Shown piece after piece: positions 63,966 to 64,000 of a stretch of 64,000 nt of DNA. The first letter of the stretch is position 1. Every line of letters starts with the position of its first letter. This DNA is from a bacterium (GTDB taxonomy: Bacteria; Patescibacteriota; Minisyncoccia; Phycocordibacterales; UBA9973), in assembly GCA_037143195.1 (NCBI GenBank), contig JBAWZD010000001.1, positions 80,892 through 144,891 of the forward strand. The letters are read 5' to 3'. A program made the translations under genes and the position numbers. The notes below the pieces were generated by a model. It saw only the letters and a program-made list of their open reading frames with translations, was not told where the DNA came from and searched no databases.

Positions 63966-64000
63966 ATGAAAAAAATAACTCTCCTCGCCCTTGGTGTTTC
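63966..64000 (+). CDS. Start of a probable exported protein, truncated by the window edge
   Basis: MKKITLLALGV signal-like start 1 nt after the previous stop. Confidence 0.45.
   Translation, partial: MKKITLLALGV

Noticed and set aside
1-64000. CRISPR array, cas genes, DGR/reverse transcriptase, rRNA, transposase or intact integrase
   Set aside because: No regularly spaced direct repeats, no RT, Cas, DDE or recombinase catalytic motifs and no rRNA-like stretch were seen by eye.
1-64000. Alternative genetic code (UGA=Gly, code 25)
   Set aside because: Long core genes have no in-frame TGA, and TGA ends genes at their expected C-termini (e.g. the VOC protein and the deacetylase).

Overview
A 64 kb chromosomal window of a small-genome bacterium, most likely Patescibacteria (CPR, Parcubacteria-like). 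This is inferred from gene content: compact DnaX, short Rel, paired HerA/VirB4-like ATPases, Cys-rich repeat proteins, tRNAs without encoded CCA, and start codons without Shine-Dalgarno sites. The standard code 11 fits. Core genes: gdhA, udg, ndh, mscL, ychF, tsaC, leuS, murJ, lepA, ftsB-like, a double-domain ddl, alr, rpmG, radC, miaA, parB, rel, topA, dprA, serS, ftsQ-like, dus and dnaX, plus four tRNAs (Tyr-GTA, Trp-CCA, Leu-CAA, Gln-TTG). Most unusual features: (1) two paralogous Cys-rich zinc-ribbon/solenoid proteins between two HerA/VirB4-like ATPases, one of which shares a CxxC-x17-CxxC module with them; (2) an AT-rich defence island at tRNA-Gln with a TM-wHTH protein, two orphan PD-(D/E)XK-like nucleases and an LlaMI-like REase/C5-MTase pair; (3) two ~120-nt Y-shaped inverted-repeat elements at convergent gene junctions; (4) window-wide leaderless promoter architecture, with tRNAs abutting start codons (tRNA-Leu/miaA, tRNA-Trp/PPase); (5) several self-contained AT-rich orphan gene units with their own -35/-10 promoters and terminators; (6) small ORFs missed by the ORF track. 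No CRISPR array, rRNA, transposase, intact integrase or reverse transcriptase was recognised. All family assignments come from motif recognition by eye, not database searches.
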